A DNA stretch of 64,000 bases from Curvularia clavata (lineage: Eukaryota). Below the pieces are notes generated by a model. That model saw only the letters and a program-made list of their open reading frames with translations, did not search any database and was not told where the DNA came from. Made by a program: the position numbers and the translations under genes. The stretch spans positions 2,418,001 to 2,482,000 of the forward strand of contig CP089277.1 in NCBI GenBank assembly GCA_023920165.1, in the 5' to 3' direction. This document shows, piece after piece, positions 12,130-23,956 of the stretch (positions are counted from its first letter, which is position 1; each line of letters starts with the position of its first letter).

Positions 12130-12762
12130 ATGCGTTTCACTCTGCTCATCAGTGCTTTGGCTGCCACTGCCCTTGCAACGCCCCTGGCCATTAGACAGAC
12201 AAACATGACTGGTGAGAGTGATAGTTGGCAGCCAGCACCCGACACCCAGGCTTCTTGCGATGAGAAGACCGAAAAGCACATCAGCTTTATGCGAGGCCCG
12301 CCACTGGAGACTGTCATCAACAATGCGTGTGCTGCCATGATGCCCGTTTGTGCTTATCACGACCGTCTTCCTGAAGGCACTGCGTGCGCAGCAACCATCG
12401 ACTTTAAGCTCGACGGGCCGAAGACCAGCACGCAACACGCCAATGTAATCGATAAAGATGGAAACAGCATTGCTGATTGGGACGTCAAGTGTAAGCACCT
12501 ATTAGAACCGGTTAATCTCGACCATACTGACGTTTTCCTAGTCGACGTAACGCCTGCTGCTCAGCCCGAGAACTCGGCTGGTGTCTTCTGGCAAAGAGTA
12601 GACTGCTACGGCTACTTTCACCAGATTCTAGACAAGTCAAGCCCAGATGGCTGCCATACAGAGGCAGGTTCTGGTGTTGGCGCCCTCGGGGTCGGTGGTG
12701 AAACCCCGTTGGCCGGGACAGTATTCAATGTTACCATTGCTCCCAGACAGGGCTCACCATAG
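12130..12762 (+). CDS. Small secreted cysteine-rich protein (effector-like); intron 12491-12541
   Basis: Signal peptide MRFTLLISALAATALA. Six Cys after removing a 51-nt GTAAGC...TACTGAC...TAG intron. No recognised domain. Confidence 0.75.
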   Translation: MRFTLLISALAATALATPLAIRQTNMTGESDSWQPAPDTQASCDEKTEKHISFMRGPPLETVINNACAAMMPVCAYHDRLPEGTACAATIDFKLDGPKTSTQHANVIDKDGNSIADWDVKCKHLLEPVNLDHTDVFLVDVTPAAQPENSAGVFWQRVDCYGYFHQILDKSSPDGCHTEAGSGVGALGVGGETPLAGTVFNVTIAPRQGSP

Positions 12763-14057
12763 TCTTATATTTTACTTTTTCTTCTTCTCGTTCTGATCCT
12801 GTTGGCAACTATCCAGGAGATAGAGGCCGGGTGTTAAGGGTATTTGAGTGCAGGAAAAATTGCTTGCTTGTATATTCTTCTTCATGAATATATTTTCACC
12901 GACTCGGCTTTTCGAGGATATGGTATTTCCTGCTTTGCGTTTTTGGAGAATTTTACATATTTGTGTCTCTTACGAAATACTATCCAAGAGCCGGTGACAT
13001 CAATGGGAGCGGTTATCACATGGCATGATGCGAAGTGAAGCCTTATTAGTTTGTTCGCAATGCTGTATATTTGAGCCAGTCCTATCATAACTCCCTGAGC
13101 ATATGTTGACCGTTTGGGCACGAAGTAATAGACTGTAGCCCCTTTCTACTTTGTTTTCCAAAAACAAAGTGACAAAAACGGTGAGCAGGAAATTAACCTC
13201 ATGGAGACTTTGATACACTTGCCGACGGATCCGTTCGGCTAACTGTGCGTTTATATTAAAATTAAAATCCCTCACAACTCTGGATAGCGTAATGGTGTCT
13301 TCGCTGTCTTTCATGTGATGCTGCCCTGCTGCATCCTGGATTCGAGAGTTAGGGAAGGTGGCTTTGGCAATTGGATTGAATCACATCATGTCCTCAGGCT
13401 CGCTTAGAGTGGCGTGATTGGAGTGTGGCATATTGGAACAAGTGAGAGTCCTATCACGTGAACGGATTGATACATGGTGACTACAAGGAGTCTCGTTTTC
13501 TTGATATCTAAGTGATTACACATAGCTGACACGATTTGAATGACGCCTATACCGCAAACATGACATACACTTCAGCTCCCGTAAATCCGTAGTCCTACCA
13601 TGTGGCCAAGATACGGCCGTACACTTCCACTGCGGCTCCATTGCCAAGGCGGGACGACGTCATCACCCAGCCCGCGTCATCGGCTAGTCCCCTCAGCCTC
13701 GCATCGCGAACATCGATCCTCACCTCTAGCCACCTCGGTTACAGCCAATTCTTGCCTTTTAGTAATGGCCCAGGAACCGAGGTCATCCGAGCCTATGGAT
13801 TGTCGCAGGGAAGAGTCCAGCCAACCACTTGGCGACCCACGGATGTGTTCTCTAATGCACACACGGCATGGATCCAAATCGTGTCTAGTATAACCTGGGA
13901 GGAAAACACGGCTTGGTGTATTGCATAGGTACTAAGCATAGGGGATTTGCGCAAAGTATAAGCTGGCTACAGAACCGTCCCACACTGCTCTATCACTCTG
14001 CAACCTCAATATCTCAGCTCTGTAATTCCTAATATCAACTCCAACACGATATTCAAA

Positions 14058-14786
14058 ATGCGTGTCGCAAGTACTCTTCTTGCCTTGACTTCCGCCGCTT
14101 CAGGCATGGTCTACCCTCGTACCGACAACGAGACTACGCCTTCCGGACCCAACGTTGTCGCAGCGCAATATGACGGAAAATGCTTTTACCCTGTGCCAGA
14201 CCCCAAGTTCAACCTGGATAACTATCTAGGGACTTGGTACCAGGTTGCAGGCACACCATTTGGTCCTACTGCCGGTGCACGCTGCGTGACTGCAAACTAC
14301 CAACTCAATGTACGTCCTTTAGCATACAAGACGCCTCATCATGGGATTCTGACGGTGAGATACAGAGCAACGGTACGGTCCGTGTTGCCAACAGCGCAGC
14401 CGCTGGCCCCTCAACTTTCAGCATCATTGGCACCGCCGCCCCTGTAGACCCTGCCTACGGTGCTGCCGGGGCCTTCAAAGTCGAATTTCCCAATACCCCC
14501 TCGGACGATGCCTGTCCCGGACCCAATTACATTGTCCAAGGTGAGTCGTCTTCTTTTATACCAAGTAGCATTCGATACACCAGAGCAAGGCTGAAATATT
14601 GGACTAGATTACGCTGTGGACTGGGCAATTGTACAGACTCAGGAATGGAATACTTTGTACATTCTGAGCAGAGAGCGACAGCCCGAGGAGGAAAAGATTC
14701 AGGCGTGGGTTGACCGTGCGGTGGCGTTTGGATCGAATCGCTCGGCTATCATTAGGTTCAATCAGACTGGTTGCGAGGGGGTTTGA
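14058..14786 (+). CDS. Secreted lipocalin (apolipoprotein D/Blc-like), 3 exons
   Basis: Signal peptide. Lipocalin SCR1 FNLDNYLGTWYQVAG, CVTANY, PNYIV-DY and SCR3 LYILSRE. Introns start GTACGT (about 14310) and GTGAGT (about 14542). Confidence 0.88.
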
Positions 14787-15300
14787 GCTTGGTATGTAAG
14801 ATGTAGTGGTTGGATTGTACGCTTGGTAATACGATCTGCATACATGATACGCTCTACCTTTTTGTGGAAGGACAGTGGACCACGTCCAATTGTATAATAG
14901 GAAAATATTAATATTTGCCATCTATACTTTGTTCAGTACTTTCAATCATGAACCGGAGTCTCTAGTATAATTGTCGGATTCTGCGTTTCATGGCAAGTCA
15001 ACATCTATAGTTCATACACCAGAAATATTGGTGTGCCTCTTTGCAGTCGCTGGTAATTTTTCCTTGGAACGCCAGAAAGCGATACAGTGTGAGAATCAGA
15101 TCATCAATCACAAAACAGGTTTGCTTCCTATCTGTTAGTGGACTGATAAAGTGTGAAGACTGTCTCGGCGTATGAGCAGCTCGAGTTGTAAGACATGACT
15201 CGACAGAACTTATATCACAAAGCACAGTCTAGAGCCGACATCGTGGAAGAACAGAGGAGCACAATGTTGAGCATGGCTTGAGATATGATTAACACGCACG

Positions 15301-16233
15301 TCACTGGAATATCGGGCGCTGCTCAACATTAGCACCCGACTTTGGCGCCTGGGCGACAGGCTGCGGTCCCCACTGTTGCACTGGTTGAGGACCCCATTGC
15401 TGTACAGGCTGTTGCCCCCACTGTTGGTACGGCTGCGGCACCCATTGCTGGCCTGGTTGCATCGTCCACTGCTGTGTCGGCTGTTGAACCCATTGCACTC
15501 CTGGCGGCCCAGCATACTGGTCAACCAGCCCCTGAGGCTGTAATTCATACGCTCCCTGAAACCCACCATATCTTCCCTTTCCACCAAATACCCATTTCAC
15601 ACCTCCTCTGCTCCTCACCAACACCCAGAGACTACCCAGCACACATAGCGCCGCAACAGCCATGGGCAGCAACAAGTACCGCATCGCCTGTGTCGTACTA
15701 CACGCCTGGCCAGCCCAACCTTTACTCGGAAATTCCTTGTCGATCTGACAAGCCCACGTCTCCCTTGTGAACTCCCTATCCGGTACTTTTCCATCGCTAA
15801 TGATCTGCCCGTCACTGGCTTGCACAGATGTCGCATACCCAAAGCCCGCCAGACTCGCCCCCACCATGATGAGATTGCACACCAGCACGATCCAAACCCA
15901 CACCCGCTCATGTCTCGCTGTGCCCTCCACCTTTTTCAATTGCCATATCCCTGCAACGCTCACTACTGCCACCGCATACGCTATTATGCACACACCCAGT
16001 ATGGCGAGTATAGGCCCGTTGTTCACGTCCAGTGCGACCTGGATTTCGTTGCTAATGCCGGGCCATGGTAGGGAGATTTCATAATCGCCGTTGCGAATGT
16101 TGCGTGAAAGGTGGTTGTAGAAAATATTTTTGGATACGCGCTCGAGGATGGAGGTTAAGGCTGCGACGGGGAAGAGGAAGAGGACCGGTGGGAGAAGAAG
16201 CAGGACGGTACGGCACCCGTTGGATGGGTGCAT
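15301..16233 (-). CDS. Four-TM membrane protein (MARVEL-like topology) with C-terminal QQW octapeptide repeats
   Basis: Four hydrophobic helices, an FTRETWAC...C loop and a Q/P/W repeat tail. ATG at 16233. Confidence 0.7.
   Translation of the reverse strand: MHPSNGCRTVLLLLPPVLFLFPVAALTSILERVSKNIFYNHLSRNIRNGDYEISLPWPGISNEIQVALDVNNGPILAILGVCIIAYAVAVVSVAGIWQLKKVEGTARHERVWVWIVLVCNLIMVGASLAGFGYATSVQASDGQIISDGKVPDREFTRETWACQIDKEFPSKGWAGQACSTTQAMRYLLLPMAVAALCVLGSLWVLVRSRGGVKWVFGGKGRYGGFQGAYELQPQGLVDQYAGPPGVQWVQQPTQQWTMQPGQQWVPQPYQQWGQQPVQQWGPQPVQQWGPQPVAQAPKSGANVEQRPIFQ
15355..15496 (-). repeat. 24-nt-period coding minisatellite, 6 units of (V/Q)QWxxQPx
   Basis: VQWVQQPT QQWTMQPG QQWVPQPY QQWGQQPV QQWGPQPV QQWGPQPV. 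Confidence 0.85.
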
Positions 16234-16829
16234 TTCGCGTGTAGTGGGCTGCCGCTTGGTTGGCAACTCATAGATTAAGTTTGAAGGTTTGGAGGCTTGA
16301 GGAGGCGGTTATGGCTTTCCTCGTCGTTGCCAAGGGTTATTAATAGCGTGTAATAGTGCTAGTAAAGTCATGGCGGTTGAGACGAGGATGGACGCCTGAA
16401 AGAATGCGCCTGGACCCAGGAAGGGTTGTGCTTGGCATAAAGAACAGAGCGAGCGAATTTCATTGCCAGCATCTTAGTTGCTAATGCACACAGCATTATT
16501 TTTTTGTTGGCATGGAAACCTTACCATGTCTCAGGAACCAATGCACGTCTTACGCACGAAGAAGGCTGATCAACGCGTGCTCACGTGTCGAAGAGATTCC
16601 CCCACCATGGGAGTGTACTTTAAAGAACGACGTTGCAATCAAGTTGTTCAAACTCAAGAATAGTCAATGGTGCATATCTGACATGTGCTTTTATATGCTA
16701 AAAAGGCTGTTCAAAAGCCCGATCTATATATGTACGTATGTTATGAGTATGGTTCCCAGCCAACTCCTTAACCAAAAAATATTACAATGTATATCAAACA
16801 CCACGCTGTACGCTATCGGCAAAAACAAA

Positions 16830-19800
16830 CTACTGCGGCGCTCCAATGGCCTGCAATTTTGCCAGTTCATAGTAAACACCCTTCTTGGCTACCAGCTCAT
16901 CATGCTTGCCCTTCTCGACAATCTTGCCCTGGTTGAACACGTAGATCACATCTGCGTGTTGAATCGTGCTCAGTCGATGTGCGATGGCAATTGTAGTCCT
17001 ACCCTTGGCGGCGGCGTCGAGGGCGTCTTGAACAACACGCTCGGATGTGGAGTCGAGCGCAGAGGTAGCTTCGTCGAGAAGAAGGATTTTGGGGTCGCGA
17101 AGAAGAGCACGTGCAATTGCCATACGTTGGCGCTGCAAAGTGTTAGTGAGTGTTGTATAAGACGACGGAGAGAAAGAGACTTACCTGGCCACCAGAGAGA
17201 AGAGCTCCCTTGGCGCCAACAAGAGTGTTGAAACCGTCTGGTAACGATGTTATGAACTCGTAGATGTTGGCATCTTTGCATGCTTGAATGACAGCCTCGT
17301 CACTCATATCCTCCTTGTCTGCCAAAATGTTCTCGCGAATTGTGCCTGTGTATAGGGTAGTCTCTTGACTCACAATAGCCAGCTGTGATCGGTAGTCTTG
17401 GAGATTGTAGTCGGTCAATGGCACATCATCAACGAGCACAGCACCACTGGTTGGGTCGTAGAATCTCTCCAGCAGCTGCATAACTGTAGACTTTCCACTA
17501 CCAGAGGCACCAACAAGTGCAACAAATTGACCAGGCTCGGCAGCGAGACTGACTCCACGCAGAACACGGTGGTCTGGACGCCCTGGATAAGTGAACCGTA
17601 CGTCTTGCAGCTCAACCTTGCCTACCAGGCGATCAATCTTCTTGCCATCAGGTGACCAGTGATCGATCTTAGGGATACGGTTCAGGAACGACTTGAGAAG
17701 CTTGGCAGCATCCTTGGCCTCACCCATGTCCGGAGCAAAGGAGAAGATGGAACCAGCTGATTGGGCACCGTTGATGATCGAGGAGTAGACGATGAAGAAC
17801 TGTAAGACTGTGTACTCCTGATTGAAGAGCAAGCGACCTCCATACCAGAAGACAAGGGCAAAGATGAGCATGATCAAGCCTTGAGAAGTAGCGTAGAGCG
17901 CGGCTGATACGTTTGTGAACTTGAGATAGCCCTTGCCCTGGTCTGCAAGCTTGTTCCTATACTGGGCCAAGAGATGCTTCTCAAGTGAAAGTGTTGCAAC
18001 AGTGCGGATGGACGAGGCTGCCTCGCAAGCAAAACTTGCAGCATCGGATGTTTCCTTGGTACGTTTCTCCATCCGAACAAGTGCATAAAAACGGAAGTAA
18101 CCGCATCCGATGACAAGAGGAATAGTTGCAGAGCACACAAGAGCCAACTTCCACCCAAAGGAGCATCCGACGATAAAGGCGATGATGATAGACGCGGCGG
18201 CACTAAGAATCGTTCCGAGGGTAGAGCCACTGAGACCAGCAAGGCGGTTTGCTTCTGATGACAGGAAGTTGCTGAGAGCTCCAGAGGTGACTGTTTCGCC
18301 GTCAAAGAACTCCATATCTTGGCGAAGCATGGCCCTGAAGGCGCGTATTCGCACGTTGCCGACAAGTTTTGCAGATCCTTTAGATAGTGTCTTGCCCTGG
18401 ATGTAGTAGAACAAACCGATAACAAGTCCGAGCATGAGAAACATGTAGCACCAGAAGCCAACATTGCGTCCACCAAGTGATGTTCCGGGCGAGAGAAGTG
18501 AGTTGATCGAGTTGCCAAGAAAAATGGCTTGGACAGCGGGGTTAGCACCGGTAAGGAAGCTGAAAAGCAGACCGAGAGTCATTATCGTATGTTCGCCCTT
18601 GTTCATCTCCCAGCTGAACTTGATCAGCTCCCAGGTACCGTACTTCTTGTCTTTCTCATCCTTCTTTGCCAGAAACTCGGTAGGGGCAGATGTTACAGTT
18701 CGCAGTAGAGCCAGTTTCTCCTCGTTTGTTTCGCTTCCTGTCGAGTTTTCAGGGTCATCTACGATCGACATCCTAGTGGCAGCATCTTTCTTTGAACTTA
18801 GTTCCTGAGCCTGTACAAGACCTGCATATACTGCGTTGAGATCGAGAAGCTCTTGGTGGGTGCCCTGTTCGACGATTCGTCCCAATGCCATAACCACGAT
18901 GTTGTCTGCCTTCTTGATAGTCGAAAGACGATGTGCGATAACAATTGTTGTTCGCCCTTGCGAAGCTCGGTCAAGGGCGTCTTGAACCAATTTCTCAGAC
19001 CTGGTATCCAGTGCTGCGGTAGCCTCATCCAGAAGTAGAATCTTGGGATCTGAGACGATAGCACGGGCGATGGCGATGCGCTGCTTCTGTCCACCAGAAA
19101 GCAATCCACCTCGCTCTCCAACCTTAGTTTGATATTTCTCCGGTAGGTCCATGATGAAATCATGGGCATTGGCAATCTTGGCGGCATTCTCAATGAGCTC
19201 CATCTTCTTCTCGTCCGACACGTCGGCGTACTGCGTGTTGACCAAGCCATGCAGGATACTCTCATAGATAGTTGTGCTAAACAGGACAGGCTCCTGGCTG
19301 ACAATAGCCATGTGCTGACGGAGCCAACGCAGGTTCAATGTGGTGATATCCCTGCCATCCAAGAAGATCTGGCCTTCCATCGGTAGGTAGAAACGCTCCA
19401 AGAGTCCCACAATTGTAGATTTTCCAGATCCAGATGCGCCGACGAGTGCAACCATCTTGCCTGATGGAACAACCAGGTTAAAGTCTTGGAGAACTGTGGT
19501 ATCTGGACGAGAAGGGTACACATGCTTGAGGTTTTTGAATTCGAGGTTTCCAACAAAATCATCTGGTATGATGCCTTCATCGGTCTCTGGGTCGATGGGG
19601 GAGTTTCTTTCAATTGTGTTGAAGACCTTTGTAGCAGCTGCAGAGGCTCCGCCGAAAGCTTGAATATGAGGAAGGTTCTGTCCGATGGAAAAACCCGCAA
19701 TCATGAGTGCCATGACGACGGTAAGAATGTTTGAGACACCGAGCTCATGGTTGTCCAGGAATCGCTTGCCTTGCCAAAAGGCCAAGGCGTACTGAAGATT

Positions 19801-20874
19801 GAGCACAGCCATCATGCCAGCGATCATCATCGATAACCAGAATTTCGCCGTGTAGTCCAGCTTAGTAGCGCGATCGACAAAAACCTTGTACTTTTCTTCA
19901 AGCCGCTTTTGTGTTCCGAACGCAGCGACGTTGCGGGCTGAGGATAGCACCTCTTCGGCCAAGGAAGCAGCTATAGCGTATTCGTCAATAGACTGGGTTT
20001 GAGCCTTCTTCATCATGGTACCATTGACACCCATCATCAGGATCAACGCAAGGGTGGCGGCCAGCATAATCAAAGAGAGTTTCCAGGATCTGATAAACCC
20101 GATGATGATAGCAGAGACGAACATGGATACTCCAGTAACGAACAAGCCAATCTTCTGGCCAATGCCATCCTGGACCAAGTTCATGTCGGAGCTGATACGG
20201 GTGGTGACCTCACCCGAGCCTAGGAAGTCGAAGAAAGCAATGTTCTGCCTGAAGATGGCGCGTAGGTAGAGTTCCCGAATGGTTCGTGTAATGCGTTCTC
20301 CGGTATACGAGAAGCCGACGATGCTTACGTATGAGGTGACAAATGAGCCGATGCCAAGGTATACAAAGTACAACGTGAACTGATTAATCTGATGTTGGAA
20401 TTGAGCAGCAGCAACTGCATCAACTGAAAAGCTGGTAAAGCTTCCGGCGAAATTACCATAAACAAGCTACATTCAGTCAGCTCCATGTTCTCATGACCAT
20501 GGCAAAGTCGTGTGCCTCGACAGAGCCTCTGAGCAAGGCTCTGGAAGATCTGATAACCCTGGTTTGCTACACGGGGATTTTGTGGCTTGATAAGCACTTA
20601 CTGTCATCAAGGGCATGACTGCACCAGCCGCAATACTAGCAATCAAGGCCAAACCCATAATGACCTTGTCTTTTGCGGTCGCATATCGAAACAAAGAGAA
20701 ATAGCTGATGGTGAGGTTGGGTGCTGTCAGCTGTATGTCGATGATTTCCTTCTCTTTGTCACTGAGAGAAGCTGTGGGCAACCTGGACTCCTTTTCCGAT
20801 TGCGCTTCATGCTTCTCCTCTACAGCCTTTGCCACGGCCGTTCCAGTGGCCGTGGCCGAGTCGTCGTAATCCAT
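16830..20874 (-). CDS. Full-size ABCB (MDR/P-glycoprotein-type) multidrug transporter; exons 20874-20602, 20466-17185, 17132-16830
   Basis: TMD-NBD-TMD-NBD layout with two Walker A (GASGSGKST), two LSGGQ signatures and two LLLDEAT motifs. Both introns are GTAAGT...AG. Confidence 0.96.
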
Positions 20875-22114
20875 GCTCAAGTGATGGTGAGCTCGCCTTG
20901 TCGTCGCTGATTCTTGGCGGGTAGCGATAGGTGTGCCCCAAGGAATTCCAAGAGGTGCAGAGCAAAGAAAGGAAGTCCAGCGAGGTGTCTTTCTCGATCC
21001 CCTCGTGCGCCACTCACGGGCCTCGACGACTGGAGTGGGACTACGGCCCCGTCTAATATCGGCTCAGCTAGACCAAAAGTGATGTCAATGCGCGGCTCGA
21101 GCTGCTCGGTTAGACGGCCGTAGACCTTAAAGTGTGGATGACACGCGCCGGCTAGTTCGCGGTGGGTCCTGGAGCATACGACGAATACGGTGGAAGCGAA
21201 GCGATCATCTAGAAACACGAAAGCGAAGAACTAAATATCAGGACATGGATCAGGCAGCAAGATATGAGCTGAGAGACGCTTCGCTCATGTCGAACGAAAT
21301 TCGGCTGCCTGGATAGACGACGTCGTGTATGCATGAGCCATGTTGGCCTTCGGTGTCCGTTTTCTGTGCAGCAGCCGCATGCGCAATCTGCATATTATAT
21401 CGGTGTGGACAAGTCCCGCATCAACTGCAACATGTGGTCGGAGCTCGGTGTTCATCTCCCCCCGGTGAACAAGTGTGAATAGGACATCGCCTCACCTTGC
21501 TGCTTACGTCCGTAAGTCCATCATTGTTGCAAGCACTTGGCGGCGGCGTGGGCATTCTGGCTAGCGCATCCCGGCTAGGATCTGCCCAATGCGGAATATT
21601 GTGCGCGTTCTCTTTCCTTCGTCTGCCATCGTAATTAGCCATTGGCAAGTACACCGGTCCCGGCGACTCTTTCTGATATCACATCGCATACGAGCGCATG
21701 AACGCAAAGGATTGAGGTCATGACAGGTGGAGTCTTCGGAGCTTGATGAATCGAATGCATCGCGCTGCACTCACGCATCTCTAGCACCGACGTGTATCCG
21801 TCGCCCGCCATCCTCGTCTGTATGTTTCAAGGCATAAATAAAGCAAATCTGCACGAAAATTTCCCCGTTGTATGAACCGTTGAGTTCACACTACAGGCTT
21901 AGCGCTTAAATTCGATGTCGTGATAGACAGGCGTCGACATGTCGGAACGGAATTGCGAGGTCGGTCGTACCAAGGAGGCTGTGGTTGTAGTTGTAGTACA
22001 ATGCGGATGATTGCACCTCCACTTTGATCCGAAAATCAGACATACAAGGAGACGAAATACTAAGTCTTGTACTCGCGTTGGTACGCAGAAAGACAACCAA
22101 TCTAAAGAGAACTA

Positions 22115-22173
22115 ACGTGCGCCACCAGTGAGCTGGCCACACCAGTGAGCTGGCCGCCCCACCAAACCTGACC
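22115..22173 (+). repeat. Left TIR (59 bp) containing two direct 16-bp repeats CACCAGTGAGCTGGCC
   Basis: Exact reverse complement of 23898-23956. Confidence 0.95.
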
Positions 22174-22196
22174 CAACTCTCTCCACAACCACCACA

Positions 22197-23831
22197 ATGC
22201 CGCGACAACCACGCGCTCAATCAACTTCTCGTAAAGACAGAACTAGTCTTGCTGCAGCTTCTTATCATAATAATCCAAATCAATCTATCCACGCTCTCGC
22301 AAAAGCGTACGATGTGCCAAAATCGACTCTTCAGACACGCCTCCGTGGTGTCCAGCCGCGATCAGAGACAGCCTCTGCCAAACGAAAGCTATCGCCTATT
22401 GAAGAGCAGTCTCTCGTACAGTGGATCCTAAAGCTAGATAAACGAGGCTTTCCGCCTCATATCATCGACGTGCGACGAATGGCAGACGTTCTGCTTGCCG
22501 CGCGTGGCCAAGATCCACCTCCACAGCCAGTTGGTAAGAACTGGGTATCGCGCTTTATCCAGAGCCAGCCTGAGCTTCAGACAAAGTGGAGTAGAAGACT
22601 CAATAGCCAGCGCGCCTGCTGTGAGGATCCTAGAGTGATTACAGCGTGGTTTAAGCTAGTAGAGGAGATACGCCAGACGTACGGCGTCCTTGATCAAGAT
22701 ATCTATAACTTTGACGAGACTGGATTCGCGATGGGCGTCGCTGTATCGTCAAAGGTAGTCACAAGCTCTGAAAGAGTTGGACGGCCAGCCGTTGTAGAGC
22801 CAGGCAATCGCGAGTGGGTTACAGCAATCGAGTGCGTTAACGCGTCTGGTTGGTCTCTACCACCCTTGGTGATCCTGTCTGGTAAAGTCCATCAGAACAT
22901 CTGGTATCGCGATCTCCCACTCGACTGGACTGTCGGCGTCTCAGACAACGGCTGGACGACAGATGAGCTCGGTGTAGAGTGGGTGAAGCACTTCAACCAA
23001 CATACAGCTGCTCGTACAGCTGGAGACTATCGGCTTCTTATCGTAGACGGCCATGGTAGCCATGCTACGCCAGAGTTCGACCAATACTGCGCCGAGAACA
23101 AGATTATTACCCTCTGCATGCCACCCCATACCTCCCATCTTCTCCAGCCTCTGGACGTAGGCTGCTACTCTCCTCTTAAGCGCGCGTATGGACGTGAGGT
23201 TGATGAGCTCGCCCGTCAAGGCGTCTACCATATTGACAAGATAGACTTCCTTACAGCCTATACGCAGATCCGACCAACAATATTTACGCAGCAGAATATT
23301 CAGGCAGGCTTCCGGGCGACAGGTCTTATTCCTTTTCGTCCAGATCGTGTTCTCTCGTCACTAACTATCATCCGGACGCCATCTCCACCACAGACAATTG
23401 TAGATAGCGGGACCACTAATAGCGCCTGGCAAGCAGAGACGCCCCATACAGTAGCTCAGCTTCAGCAGCAAGCAAAATGTCTTCAAGACAGGCTTCATCG
23501 GGAATCTCAGAGCCCAACAAGCCAACTTCTCCGTCAAGTTATTAAAGGCTGTCAGATTGCAATGCAATCAGCAACAATACTTGCTGAAGAAAATAAGAAG
23601 CTACGTCAAGGTAGTGAGCGGCTAAGACAGAAGCAAGATCAGCGGCGTCAATATATTGCTTCTGGTGGAGTTCTTCGGGTGCAGCAGGCTCAGCAGCTTG
23701 CTGCAGAGGTAGAAAGGGTGGTCGCGGAGGTTGGGCAGAGTGAGGGCAGTCAGCGACGTCAACGCGCGCCGCCAACGTGCACGAAGTGCCACGTTCAAGG
23801 ACACACTCGGACTACCTGCAAAACTAGATAG
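22197..23831 (+). CDS. Fot1-type DD35D transposase (544 aa)
   Basis: N-terminal HTH (YDVPKSTLQTRL), CENP-B-like HTH, catalytic YNFDETG / IVDGHGSH / QPLD with 35 residues between D2 and D3, and a C-terminal CxxCxxxxHxxxxC knuckle. No stops. Confidence 0.95.
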   Translation: MPRQPRAQSTSRKDRTSLAAASYHNNPNQSIHALAKAYDVPKSTLQTRLRGVQPRSETASAKRKLSPIEEQSLVQWILKLDKRGFPPHIIDVRRMADVLLAARGQDPPPQPVGKNWVSRFIQSQPELQTKWSRRLNSQRACCEDPRVITAWFKLVEEIRQTYGVLDQDIYNFDETGFAMGVAVSSKVVTSSERVGRPAVVEPGNREWVTAIECVNASGWSLPPLVILSGKVHQNIWYRDLPLDWTVGVSDNGWTTDELGVEWVKHFNQHTAARTAGDYRLLIVDGHGSHATPEFDQYCAENKIITLCMPPHTSHLLQPLDVGCYSPLKRAYGREVDELARQGVYHIDKIDFLTAYTQIRPTIFTQQNIQAGFRATGLIPFRPDRVLSSLTIIRTPSPPQTIVDSGTTNSAWQAETPHTVAQLQQQAKCLQDRLHRESQSPTSQLLRQVIKGCQIAMQSATILAEENKKLRQGSERLRQKQDQRRQYIASGGVLRVQQAQQLAAEVERVVAEVGQSEGSQRRQRAPPTCTKCHVQGHTRTTCKTR

Positions 23832-23897
23832 TGAATGTTACTTCCATATTCTATCTAATTTCATCACGTTGTTGTGGATCTATTGTGTGTCGCGGCA

Positions 23898-23956
23898 GGT
23901 CAGGTTTGGTGGGGCGGCCAGCTCACTGGTGTGGCCAGCTCACTGGTGGCGCACGT
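23898..23956 (-). repeat. Right TIR (59 bp)
   Basis: Exact reverse complement of 22115-22173, followed by TA. Confidence 0.95.

Larger units (their letters stand above)
22115..23956 (+). mobile_element. Fot1/pogo-family (Tc1-mariner superfamily) DNA transposon, 1842 bp, apparently intact
   Basis: Perfect 59-bp TIRs (22115-22173 and 23898-23956) starting ACGT, TA duplication at 22113-22114 and 23957-23958, and an internal transposase ORF. Confidence 0.97.

Noticed and set aside
13000..13314. 104-aa minus-strand ORF (MKDSEDTITL...)
   Set aside because: No recognisable family or consistent splice model; could be a relic but cannot be supported.
16512..17231. 239-aa + strand ORF overlapping the MDR 3' end
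   Set aside because: Mostly the familiar antisense translation of ABC NBD motifs; no independent evidence.
22123..22156. Tandem 16-bp direct repeats (CRISPR-like at first glance)
   Set aside because: Only two units with a 1-nt spacer, inside transposon TIRs of a eukaryotic genome.
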